Assembly: GCA_964555735.1 (NCBI GenBank)
Contig: CAZKTS010000038.1
Span: 6,929-70,928 of the forward strand
Reading direction: 5' to 3'
Source of the DNA: an uncultured Bifidobacteriaceae bacterium
GTDB lineage: Bacteria; Actinomycetota; Acidimicrobiia; IMCC26256; PALSA-555
DNA length: 64,000 nt
Below the pieces are notes generated by a model. That model saw nothing but the letters and a program-made list of their open reading frames with translations, had not been told where the DNA came from and made no database searches. A program made the position numbers and the translations under genes. This document shows positions 23,746 to 32,215 of the stretch, piece by piece (position 1 is the first letter of the stretch; the number at the start of each line of letters is the position of its first letter).

Positions 23746-25659
23746 CTACATCACGTTGCGGACGTGGGCGGGCGCGGCGACGCGTCGGGTCGTTCGCCGG
23801 TTGCGCACGGTGCTCGTCACCTGCAGCGCGATGGCGATGCCGACCAGCGCGAGGCCGATGAGCGACAGAAGGCGGAAGTCGTCGCCACCGAGTGCCGAGC
23901 CGCCGCGGCCACCCTGCACCGACGTGGCGCTCCGAGTCACGACGCCACCCGGCGCAACGCGGATCGCGCGATCCCGCGCCACGAGGCGGGCCTCCGAGAG
24001 GAACACGGTGGCGTTCGCCGAGACGTCGAGCGCCCGGTCGGTGGCCTGCAGCTCTCCCCCGCTGATCGTCACCGCGTTGCGCGCGTCGACGCCGACCGGG
24101 GCCCGCACGACATCGTTCCCCAGCAGCTGCGCGCCCGGCGCCGCCACGTGCATGCCGGCGACCGATGCGTCGGAGACGTCGTTGTCGCGGATCGTGGCCG
24201 CCATCGCGCGGTCGTAGACCTTCACACCGGTGGCGACGTGGGAGATCGCGTTCCCCTCGGCGAGGACCCGGTCCGCGCCTTGGTGCGAGATCCGGACGCC
24301 GACCTCGGATCCGCTGATGGTGTTGCGCCGGATCGTCAGGTCCGCCGACGACGCCGAGACGATGCCTTCGCGACCGTTGTCGGTGACGACGTTGTCCTCG
24401 ATCAGGTTCCGATCGGAGTGCTCGTCCATCATGATGCCGTTGCCGGCGTTGTCGTGGCTGTAGTTCGCCCGCACGACGGAGTCGTGCACGAAGCGGGAGA
24501 AGATGATGCCGTGGCTCCCGTTGCCGTAGACCTCGTTCTCGACGAACACGAGCCCCGAGCTGTTGTCGTGCGGGTCGATGCCGTAGCGGACGTTGTCGGC
24601 CACCACGTTGCGCTCGAATCGGACATCGACGGCCTCGTAGGTGTAGATGCCGAAGAAGTTGCGCTGGAACGACGAGTCGGTGACGAGGCCCGTCGTCCCG
24701 AGACGCCACACGACGCCGTAGGACGACGTCCGGTCGGAGCCGAGGTCCTCGAAGCGGGAGCCGCTGATGTCGAGCCGACCACCGTTCTGGTAGCGGACGT
24801 ACGGCCGTTCGTCGACCACCGAGGTGTCCGGCGCGTTCGCAGCCTCGTTCCACGACGTGACCGTCACGCCGCTGAACGACGCGCTCGAACGGTTCCCCGA
24901 GAGCGACACCACCGGCAGGTCGGCCAGCCGTACGGTCGTGACCCGGGGAGCCCGCACGTCGAGCTGCGTGCCGTCGGTCTGCACCAATGCGGCGCGCAGC
25001 AGGAAGACACCTGGCTCGACCTCGCCGATCCAGCTCGGGTCGTCGATGACCGCGCTGATCTCGTCGAGACCGACCGGGCGACCCGCACCGGCGAACGGGA
25101 TCTGGCGGACGAGCTGCCCGCCGGCGACCAGCCGGATCGAGGTCGCGCCGAAGCGGATCGCGCGCCACTCGGCCGGATACGAGCAGGGGAATGCCACCAG
25201 GCTCGTGGGACTCGCGACGCGCTTGAGGTCGCGCGCGGGATCGTCCGTGTGGATGTCGGGCTTGCCGAGGCCCAGGTCACACGTCCCGGACGATGCGGGT
25301 GGCGTCGGGGCCGACGAGCCCGAGGACGACGACGAGCCACGCGGGGCGCTGGGAGGCGGTGCCGGCGGCACGGGTGCGGGCGCGGGCGCCGGCGCGCGCG
25401 GGCCGGGACGACCGCCATCGCCGCGGGGCCCGCCGCCACCGTGGCCGCCCCCGCCGTGACCACCGCCGCCGTCGTAGCCCCCGCCACCGGGGCCGCCCCC
25501 GTAGCCACCGCCACCGGGCCCACCGCCGTAGCCGCCACCGCCCGGACCGCCGCCCCCACCGGTCTGGAACGGAGCCGCGGCGCCACCACCGAGCACCAGC
25601 GCACCGATGCCGAGGGCCAGGGTCATCACCGTGCTCGCAACGCGCAGTCTCGAGCTCAT
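23746..25659 (-). CDS. mannuronan-C5-epimerase-family right-handed beta-helix protein: signal peptide, Gly-rich and Pro-rich linkers, C-terminal TM anchor
   Basis: ATG 25659 overlaps the GT2 stop (ATGA). Motif NVRYGIDPHDNSSGLVFVENEVYGNGSHGIIFSR (YG[FI]DPH[DE], encoded at 24565-24585), as in AlgG/AlgE epimerases. Repeated PbH1-like turns (NVVTDNGREGI, NTISGSEVGV, GNAISH...). C-terminus FRLLSLIGLALVGIAIALQVTSTVRNRRTTRR. Confidence 0.8.
   Translation of the reverse strand: MSSRLRVASTVMTLALGIGALVLGGGAAAPFQTGGGGGPGGGGYGGGPGGGGYGGGPGGGGYDGGGGHGGGGHGGGGPRGDGGRPGPRAPAPAPAPVPPAPPPSAPRGSSSSSGSSAPTPPASSGTCDLGLGKPDIHTDDPARDLKRVASPTSLVAFPCSYPAEWRAIRFGATSIRLVAGGQLVRQIPFAGAGRPVGLDEISAVIDDPSWIGEVEPGVFLLRAALVQTDGTQLDVRAPRVTTVRLADLPVVSLSGNRSSASFSGVTVTSWNEAANAPDTSVVDERPYVRYQNGGRLDISGSRFEDLGSDRTSSYGVVWRLGTTGLVTDSSFQRNFFGIYTYEAVDVRFERNVVADNVRYGIDPHDNSSGLVFVENEVYGNGSHGIIFSRFVHDSVVRANYSHDNAGNGIMMDEHSDRNLIEDNVVTDNGREGIVSASSADLTIRRNTISGSEVGVRISHQGADRVLAEGNAISHVATGVKVYDRAMAATIRDNDVSDASVAGMHVAAPGAQLLGNDVVRAPVGVDARNAVTISGGELQATDRALDVSANATVFLSEARLVARDRAIRVAPGGVVTRSATSVQGGRGGSALGGDDFRLLSLIGLALVGIAIALQVTSTVRNRRTTRRVAAPAHVRNVM
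25414..25563 (-). repeat. in-frame Gly-rich coding repeat (GGGGPGGGGY x3, GGGGH x2) followed by a Pro/Ala/Ser-rich linker (to about 25285)
   Basis: Translation is GGGGGPGGGGYGGGPGGGGYGGGPGGGGYDGGGGHGGGGHGGGGPRGDGG. The nucleotide sequence is a ggc/ggg/cca-type short tandem repeat. Confidence 0.8.
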
Positions 25660-26846
25660 ACCCGTGCCACCTCCCCGTCGACGACCGCGACGCGTCGGGT
25701 GAGCCAACGCTGGGTCGTCAACGTTCCGAGTGCGTAGATCTTCACGAGGGCCATCACGAACGTGAGGCCGACGAAGGCGGGCAGGATCACCAGGTCGACC
25801 GGGCGGCGCCGCAGGTGCGGCAGCAGCTTCGCGGCGCGGCTCACCATCCACCACGCGAACAGGATCCCCGCGAACGCGAATCGGCCGCCCACGAGTGCAA
25901 GCGTGAACACCACCGGCGACACCAAGAGCGTGAAGCCAGAGATCGCCTTGTCCACCATCGTGAACCCGAGGAACGGGTACCGCAGGATCCAGCGCGACGA
26001 CAGGGCGCGCAGGTCCGAGCGCCACGTGTTGCGGCTCCACCGGAGGCGCTGGAGCAGGAACTCTCGTGGTCGGGAAGGGAAGGTCGACCACACCCGAGCC
26101 GAACGCTGCATGTAGGTGCGCGAGCCCTGCGCGAGGAGCAGGCTCGTCAGGCGCTTGTCGTCTCCCGAGTTGCAGGGCCGACCCGCGAAGGTCTCGTCCA
26201 GGAACTCGTCACCGACGGACATGAGGAAGCTCCGGCGGTACACCGCGGTGCGCCCGGAGAGGCACGAGACCGCTCGCCCGACCACCGTCTGGGCCGCGTT
26301 CTCGTCGAAGTACCGGTAGTCCAGGTAGATGTCGTTGACGCGTTCGAGGAACGAACGCGGGTTGTACACGTTCTGGCGCGTGCCCACGCCGGTGATCCGC
26401 GGATCGACGAACGGCTCGCACACACGATCCGAGACGTCCTCGGCCCAGATGGTGTCGGAGTCCACGAGCGCGACCAGCTCGGTGCGAGCGTGCTCCCAAC
26501 CCGTTCGCAGCGCCGGCCGCTTGCCCGGGACGCTCGTGGGCACGACGGTCACCGCGTGGCTCGTGGCGAGCCGCTCGGCGATGGCCATGCAGCGCTCGTC
26601 GGTGGTGTCGATGACGCAGATCACCTCGACCACGTGGCGGTTCGCGAGCCACGACTGCACCGCGTACCGGAAGATCGTCGGATCCTCGTCGTAGACCGGA
26701 GTCACGACGGTGATCGGCTCCCGGTGATCGCTCGTGACCGGGGCGTAGTACGCGGCGGGCACGCGGCGGACCAGCCACGACGACCAGCGCACGAGCCCGA
26801 TCACCCCGAGCGGGATCACGTACCAGAAGGTCCAGATGCTGTTCAC
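25656..26846 (-). CDS. processive family-2 glycosyltransferase, hyaluronan/chitin/NodC-synthase-like, with integral membrane C-terminus
   Basis: 396 aa. VVTPVYDEDP, LVDSDT (DxD), SGDDKRLTSLLL (G-[DE]-D-[RK]-x-LT) and QRLRWSRNTWRS (QxxRW). One N-terminal and several C-terminal TM helices. The GTG start overlaps the upstream stop. Confidence 0.9.
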   Translation of the reverse strand: MNSIWTFWYVIPLGVIGLVRWSSWLVRRVPAAYYAPVTSDHREPITVVTPVYDEDPTIFRYAVQSWLANRHVVEVICVIDTTDERCMAIAERLATSHAVTVVPTSVPGKRPALRTGWEHARTELVALVDSDTIWAEDVSDRVCEPFVDPRITGVGTRQNVYNPRSFLERVNDIYLDYRYFDENAAQTVVGRAVSCLSGRTAVYRRSFLMSVGDEFLDETFAGRPCNSGDDKRLTSLLLAQGSRTYMQRSARVWSTFPSRPREFLLQRLRWSRNTWRSDLRALSSRWILRYPFLGFTMVDKAISGFTLLVSPVVFTLALVGGRFAFAGILFAWWMVSRAAKLLPHLRRRPVDLVILPAFVGLTFVMALVKIYALGTLTTQRWLTRRVAVVDGEVARV

Positions 26847-27934
26847 CGGAGGTGCTCCTCGAGGTCGGGTGCCCGATGACGCGGTCCGGGGGCGGGCAGG
26901 TGCTCGTCACAGCTCGGGTTCCGAACCGCGTCGTCGGAGATCGGGTCGTCACCGGACCCGCGGATCTCGTTGCCGCACACGCGCCCCTGCGGCGCGCGCA
27001 TCACCTTGATGCCGGCGCCGTCGTTGTCGACGAGCTCGTTGCCGATGACGTCGTTGTCGGTGCCATCGGCCTCGGTGTCACCGCCCAATCGGATCCCGGC
27101 GCCGTCGTTGCCGGTGGAGCGGTTGTACCGGATCACGTTCGCGCTGCCGCGCGAATCGAAGCCGCCGGACTCCGGGTCGCGCTGCTCCGTGCAGTCGTTG
27201 AACTCGACGACGTTGGCGGTGGCCGCCTCCTTGATGTCGACGCACTCGTTGCCGCGGGTCGAGATCGTGTTGTCCCGCACGGTCACGCGCGTCGTCGCGT
27301 CCGGTACCGACGACGGGTTGCGATCGAGCTGCTCGGGCGCGGTGCCGATGTAGACGCCCTCGCCGTTCTTGCCGGATCCGGGGCTCTCGACGAAGTCCTC
27401 ACGACCACAGTCGTGGATCGAGTTGCGCTCGATGACGACGTCCGACGACAGGTACTTCACGCGCACGCACTCGCCGCGCATGTCGGCGACCTCGTTGCCG
27501 CGCACGGTCACATCACGGGCACCTTCGATCCAGATGCCGGTGTCCAGACCGGCGAACGCCAGCCGCTCGATCACCCAATGGTCGTTCCGCACCTGGAGGA
27601 CCCGGCCGGACCGGTCGGCGTCGCCGACGAGCACCGCCCCGCGCCCCCGGAGTGTGATCGGGCTCCCCGGGGAGCCGTCGACCCTCGTGGTCAGCGCTTC
27701 GGCGTAGGTCCCTCGCGCGATCTCCACCGTCGTCCCCGGGGCGGCGCGGTCGATCGCGGCCTGCACCGTCCGCAACGGAGCGGCCTTGGTGCCGGTCGCC
27801 TCGTCGTCGCCCCGCGGCGAGACCCAGAGGTGCCGCGTCGGCGAGGCGGGAGCCGCACCGACGGGCGCGACATCGGCGATGACGACGGCGATGGCGGCAA
27901 GGACCGCGACGACCATCCCCTTGGTGGCGCTCAT
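26843..27934 (-). CDS. secreted right-handed beta-helix protein (DUF1565/pectate-lyase-fold; candidate polysaccharide lyase or hydrolase)
   Basis: Signal peptide MSATKGMVVAVLAAIAVVIADVAPVGAAPA, then HLWVSPRGDDEATGTKAAPLRTVQAAIDRAAPGTTVEIARGTYAE and repeated N/D-G beta-helix turns. Confidence 0.8.
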   Translation of the reverse strand: MSATKGMVVAVLAAIAVVIADVAPVGAAPASPTRHLWVSPRGDDEATGTKAAPLRTVQAAIDRAAPGTTVEIARGTYAEALTTRVDGSPGSPITLRGRGAVLVGDADRSGRVLQVRNDHWVIERLAFAGLDTGIWIEGARDVTVRGNEVADMRGECVRVKYLSSDVVIERNSIHDCGREDFVESPGSGKNGEGVYIGTAPEQLDRNPSSVPDATTRVTVRDNTISTRGNECVDIKEAATANVVEFNDCTEQRDPESGGFDSRGSANVIRYNRSTGNDGAGIRLGGDTEADGTDNDVIGNELVDNDGAGIKVMRAPQGRVCGNEIRGSGDDPISDDAVRNPSCDEHLPAPGPRHRAPDLEEHLR

Positions 27935-29001
27935 CGGTCGACGAGCTCCGGACGCTCGCTACCGGTCGCAGCGTCGGGCGCCGCAAGCTCACGCTTCAGC
28001 CGCTCGATCGTGCGGATCGGTTCGGCCTCGACCCCCAGCAGCTCCGCCGTGAGCAGGCTCGCCCAGGTGCCCTGGTAGGCGAGGTCGAGCAGCTGGGCCA
28101 GGAGTCCGGCACCCCCGCCGACCACGTCGACGACGCCGAAGGCGGACTCGTCGAGGATGGGACGCATGGCGGCGAATCGCCGACCGACGCGTGGGTGCTC
28201 GTACGCGTGCCGCAGGAGGACGGCGCAGTGGCGACGCGCCCCCGGTTCCCAGGCGCAGATCTCGTTGTGGTTCGCCTCGGGCAGCGCGCTGGCGAACGCG
28301 GCGATCTTGGCGTTCTCGTTGAAGTCGGCCTTCCAGCGGGCGGCGGCGACCGAGCCGGCAGCGTCACCACCGTGCACGACCGGCGTGCGCGCGGCAGCGA
28401 GCTCCGCGGCCACGTGCACGGTCGAGCTCGCGCCGGTCATCTCGTCGCGGCGCCACGCGAGCGCTTGCGCCGCGTTCAGCGCGTCGTCCAACCCGCCGGG
28501 ATAGACATCGAGGCCCTCGAGCAGCGCGACACAGGCCGCGGTCAACGATCCGAGCGCAGCGCGCGGCATCATCCCGCCCGGCACCGGCACCCGCACGATC
28601 TCCGGATCTGTCGCGGCGATCGCCGCGAGCTCACCGCCCGACGTCACGACCGCGCACCGCGTCCCTCGCGCCCGCGCCCACCGGAACGCACTGAGGGTCT
28701 CCTCGGTGTTCCCGGAGTGGGACACCGCGACCACCACGGATCGGGGCGACACCCAGCGCGGCAGCTCGTAGTCGCGCACGACCACGATCGGGATCGGACG
28801 GTTCGAATGTGCGACCGCGCCGGTGACCGCCAGCTCGGCCGCGAGCCCGGATCCGCCCATCCCACTGAACACGATGCAGTCGACGTCGCGGATCGCGCCG
28901 GCAGTCCGCAGCACGTCGCCTGCGCCGACCGCAGCGTCGACGAGCTGCTCGGGGAACGCGGTGATGGCGTCGCGAAATGTCGGTGCGGTGGCTGTCGTCA
29001 C
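27931..29001 (-). CDS. SIS-domain bifunctional phosphoglucose/phosphomannose isomerase (PGI/PMI type)
   Basis: 356 aa. ...CIVFSGMGGSGLAAELA...VAVSHSGNTEETL...; C-terminal half ...FNENAKIAAFASALPEANHNEICAWE... is typical of archaeal/actinobacterial PGI/PMI. Confidence 0.8.
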   Translation of the reverse strand: MTTATAPTFRDAITAFPEQLVDAAVGAGDVLRTAGAIRDVDCIVFSGMGGSGLAAELAVTGAVAHSNRPIPIVVVRDYELPRWVSPRSVVVAVSHSGNTEETLSAFRWARARGTRCAVVTSGGELAAIAATDPEIVRVPVPGGMMPRAALGSLTAACVALLEGLDVYPGGLDDALNAAQALAWRRDEMTGASSTVHVAAELAAARTPVVHGGDAAGSVAAARWKADFNENAKIAAFASALPEANHNEICAWEPGARRHCAVLLRHAYEHPRVGRRFAAMRPILDESAFGVVDVVGGGAGLLAQLLDLAYQGTWASLLTAELLGVEAEPIRTIERLKRELAAPDAATGSERPELVDR

Positions 29002-29930
29002 GTCGACCGACCTGTTGCCGCCAGCTCACCGTCCACCGAGGGGGCGGACGGCTCGTGCATCGCCTCCTGGGCCGCGATCGCCTCGAGCCCCTCGTTGACC
29101 GTGATCACCCCGCGCAGGAGCGGCATGTCGACGCCCATGTCCTGAGCGAAGCCGAGAAAGCCGCGCGTGTCCTTGGGCAGGCACGCACCGCCGTAGGGGC
29201 GGCCGGCGCGCACGCCGTACTCGGGGTTGAAGCTCGCCTCGGCCGACCGCGCCACCGTGGTGGCGACGCGATCGAGCTCGACGTTCGCCTGGTTGGCAAC
29301 CTGCCACATCTCGTTCCAGAAGCTGATCTTCGTGGCGTTGAAGAGGTTGTGCGCGCACTTCACGAACTCGGCTTCTGCCGGGTTGGTGAACGTGCGGATC
29401 TCGCCGCCGAACTCGCCGTACAGCTCCGCAAGGCGCTCGACGGTGCGGGCGCTGCGCGCACCGAGGACAGTCATCCACGGCATCAGGTAGTCCTCCCGCG
29501 AGCAGGCGGCACGCAGGAACTCGGGGTTCGACGCGACTGCGAAGTCGGTGCCGTTGCGCTTGCCACCGGACGCCTGCTCCAGGATCGGGAGCACGAGCTG
29601 CTCGCAGGTGCCGGGTGGGACCGTGGAGCGCACCACGACGGTGTGGAAGGCGTTGGCGCCGCGCAGGGCAGCACCCACGGTCTCGGCCGCGGCGCGCACG
29701 GCAGAGAGCTCATAGCGGTTGCCGTTGTTCGGCGTCGGCACCGTCAGGAAGATGAACGCCGGAGCACCGCTGAGATCGAGCTTCATGCTCGCGGCATGAC
29801 CGCGGCTGCGCAGCTGCTCCACACGCTCTGCATTGATGTCGACGAACTGGACGGCGTGACCCTTGGTCTCGAGCCCGGTTCCGGTCGCCGTGCCGACGAC
29901 ACCAGATCCAACGATGATCGCGCGTGCCAT
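28998..29930 (-). CDS. UDP-glucose/GDP-mannose dehydrogenase family protein, short form lacking the C-terminal nucleotide-sugar-binding domain
   Basis: ATG 29930 follows GAGGG. MARAIIVGSGVVGTATG (Rossmann), NPEFLR, and catalytic GGACLPKD. The protein ends about 40 aa after the catalytic Cys at 310 aa, whereas family members are usually around 390-440 aa. Confidence 0.8.
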   Translation of the reverse strand: MARAIIVGSGVVGTATGTGLETKGHAVQFVDINAERVEQLRSRGHAASMKLDLSGAPAFIFLTVPTPNNGNRYELSAVRAAAETVGAALRGANAFHTVVVRSTVPPGTCEQLVLPILEQASGGKRNGTDFAVASNPEFLRAACSREDYLMPWMTVLGARSARTVERLAELYGEFGGEIRTFTNPAEAEFVKCAHNLFNATKISFWNEMWQVANQANVELDRVATTVARSAEASFNPEYGVRAGRPYGGACLPKDTRGFLGFAQDMGVDMPLLRGVITVNEGLEAIAAQEAMHEPSAPSVDGELAATGRST

Positions 29931-30222
29931 TTTCACCCTCGTCTCGGTCGTGGGGATGTCCTGATCGACGGTACGGAGGCGGGCGGTCGATGCCATCCGC
30001 CGCGGCGCGCGAAATGCGTTCGGGATCTCGCGCGTCGCGACGTGCCAACGGTCACGGTGACGACGACGGAAAATCCTGGTGAAGCCCGTTTGCCGCGCGC
30101 CCACAAGGGGCATGGCGGCCGAACAGGGTGGCGCGGCGGAGCACACTGAGGCGGGGCGAAACCCGACTCCGCACGCAGCGATTGAACGTCCGACCGCGAA
30201 CGGGAGCAGGTGCCACGTGCCA

Positions 30223-31401
30223 ATGCGGATCGATGCCGCCATGTACGACGTCCCGTCGTCCGCTCGCGGCACGGACGAGGCCGTCGACAGCCTTCGCGCG
30301 GTCAACGAGTTCCTGGGTCGGGTGATCGGAGCGCTGCTCGCCGACCGGGGGCTGCCCGGTGTGGCCGAAGAGCTCGCCGCCGCGCTCGGTCGACCCGTCG
30401 CGCTCTGGGGTGCCGCCGACCAGGTGCTCGCCACGAGCGGTGACCACGCGGCGACCGCGGAGGACCGCACCCCCGAGTGGCGCCGCGTCGCGGTGTGCCA
30501 CGGCACCGATGCGGTGACGATCGGGATCCACGACCCCGACGGCTCGACGACCGACCTCGTCGCACTGGTCCTCGAGCACGCGGCGCAGATCACCGCACTC
30601 GAGCTCTACCGGATCCGCAGCGTCGCCGACACCGAGCTCAAGCTCTGGGGCGACCTCAGCCGCGCCCTGCTCGGCCCGGACGATCCCGAGCGGGTGGGGA
30701 TGCTCGCGGCGTCACTGGGCTACGACCTCGACCGCCGGCGCCGAGTCATCGTCACCGAGCCCCGGGTCTCGGACCAGGAGCTGCAGCAGCTCCACGGCCA
30801 AGTGCGCGCGCTCGACACGCAGGCCATGGCAACCCGCCACGACGAGCACCCCGTGCTCATCGTCACCGCCGACTGCGACCCGCTCGCCCTGCAGCGTCTG
30901 ATCGAGTCGCGCGACACCACCCTCTGCCTGGGCGCCAGCAGCCCGACGTCGTCAGAGCGCGGGCTGAGCGCACCACTGCGTGAGGCCCATCTCGCCCTGC
31001 GCGTGAACACCACGTTCGGGGGCGCGAACGTGCTGCCCTTCGAGGACCTCGGCCTCTACCAGCTGTTCGCACACGCCGACCCGATCGACCTCGAAGCGCA
31101 CGCGGCGCAATGGCTCCAGCCCGTCCTGGACCACGACCGCGCGCGCAACGGCGAGCTGCTCCAGACGCTCACCGAGTACCTGGAGCGCGGCGGCGCGGTC
31201 GAGGCGACGGCCCAGGCGCTGTTCATCCACCGGAGCACGCTCAGCTACCGGCTGCGCCGCATCGAGTCCTTGCTGGGTCGGGACCTCGCGAACGTCGACA
31301 CTCGCTTCAACCTCCAGCTGGCCACGCGGGCGCTCGTAGCGGCGGCCTCCATGCGCAGCGCCGTCGACGACGCGTCGGAGACCGGAGCGTCGATACGCTG
31401 A
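30223..31401 (+). CDS. PucR/CdaR-family transcriptional regulator
   Basis: The C-terminus LLQTLTEYLERGGAVEATAQALFIHRSTLSYRLRRIESLLGRDL is the PucR C-terminal HTH. The start is uncertain (ATG 30223, GTG 30217 or upstream). Divergent from the polysaccharide operon. Confidence 0.8.
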   Translation: MRIDAAMYDVPSSARGTDEAVDSLRAVNEFLGRVIGALLADRGLPGVAEELAAALGRPVALWGAADQVLATSGDHAATAEDRTPEWRRVAVCHGTDAVTIGIHDPDGSTTDLVALVLEHAAQITALELYRIRSVADTELKLWGDLSRALLGPDDPERVGMLAASLGYDLDRRRRVIVTEPRVSDQELQQLHGQVRALDTQAMATRHDEHPVLIVTADCDPLALQRLIESRDTTLCLGASSPTSSERGLSAPLREAHLALRVNTTFGGANVLPFEDLGLYQLFAHADPIDLEAHAAQWLQPVLDHDRARNGELLQTLTEYLERGGAVEATAQALFIHRSTLSYRLRRIESLLGRDLANVDTRFNLQLATRALVAAASMRSAVDDASETGASIR

Positions 31402-31405
31402 GGCC

Positions 31406-32215
31406 ATGGCGCCGGAGACCGATGCGGAGCTCACGTTCAAGGATCCGCAGAAGCGCCGATCGGTCACCTTCACCGTCTTGCCGATGACGAAGCTCGACGT
31501 CATCACGCACCAGCGCAAGCCCAGCGACACGCACGTCGGCAAGATCGTCGATTCGATCGAGCGCGTCGGCTTCGTCGCCCCGCTCGTCGTCGTGCGCAGC
31601 GAGGCCGACGATGACGCCTACCTCGTGATCGACGGCCAGCACCGCTTCCTCGCTGCGCAGCAGCTCGGCCTCAAGCGACTCCCGGCGGTGATCGTGCCCG
31701 GCGACACCGCGCGCCGGATGCTCACGCTCAACGTGGAGAAAGAGCCCAACATCCGCGAGCGGTCATCGGTGGCCCTCTCCGTCTACCGGGAGCTGGTGGA
31801 GCGTCGGCCGACGATGAGCGAGGACGACCCCGAGGTCGCGGACTCGGTCCACCACGCCCACTACGTGACCCTCGGTCTCGCGTACGCGGCGTACGGCCGC
31901 CTCGCGGGCAGCCAGTACGAGTCGATCCTCAAGAAGTGCGACGGCTACCTCGACCAACCGCTCGTCGAGTGCCTTCCCGTGCGCGAGGCGCGCGCCGAGA
32001 AGCTCGTCGAAGCCCACCGCCTCGTGCGATCGATCACGGATCAGCTCAAGGAGATGGGCGCCTGGCACGAGTTCGTCGGAGCCCAGATCGTCGCCGCGGC
32101 GAACCCGCTCCGGCGCGCCCGCAAGCAGCATTCGTTCGACGAGACCTTCGACAAGATGCTCACCAAGCTCCGCGCCCTCGATGAGCACCCCGAGAAGCTA
32201 CGGAGCAGCGACTGA
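31406..32215 (+). CDS. ParB/Srx-fold N-terminal domain protein with a DGQHR motif (DndB/ParB-like)
   Basis: 269 aa starting 4 nt after the regulator stop. ...VGKIVDSIERVGFVAPLVVVR...YLVIDGQHRFLAAQQLGLKRLPAVIV... Confidence 0.75.
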   Translation: MAPETDAELTFKDPQKRRSVTFTVLPMTKLDVITHQRKPSDTHVGKIVDSIERVGFVAPLVVVRSEADDDAYLVIDGQHRFLAAQQLGLKRLPAVIVPGDTARRMLTLNVEKEPNIRERSSVALSVYRELVERRPTMSEDDPEVADSVHHAHYVTLGLAYAAYGRLAGSQYESILKKCDGYLDQPLVECLPVREARAEKLVEAHRLVRSITDQLKEMGAWHEFVGAQIVAAANPLRRARKQHSFDETFDKMLTKLRALDEHPEKLRSSD

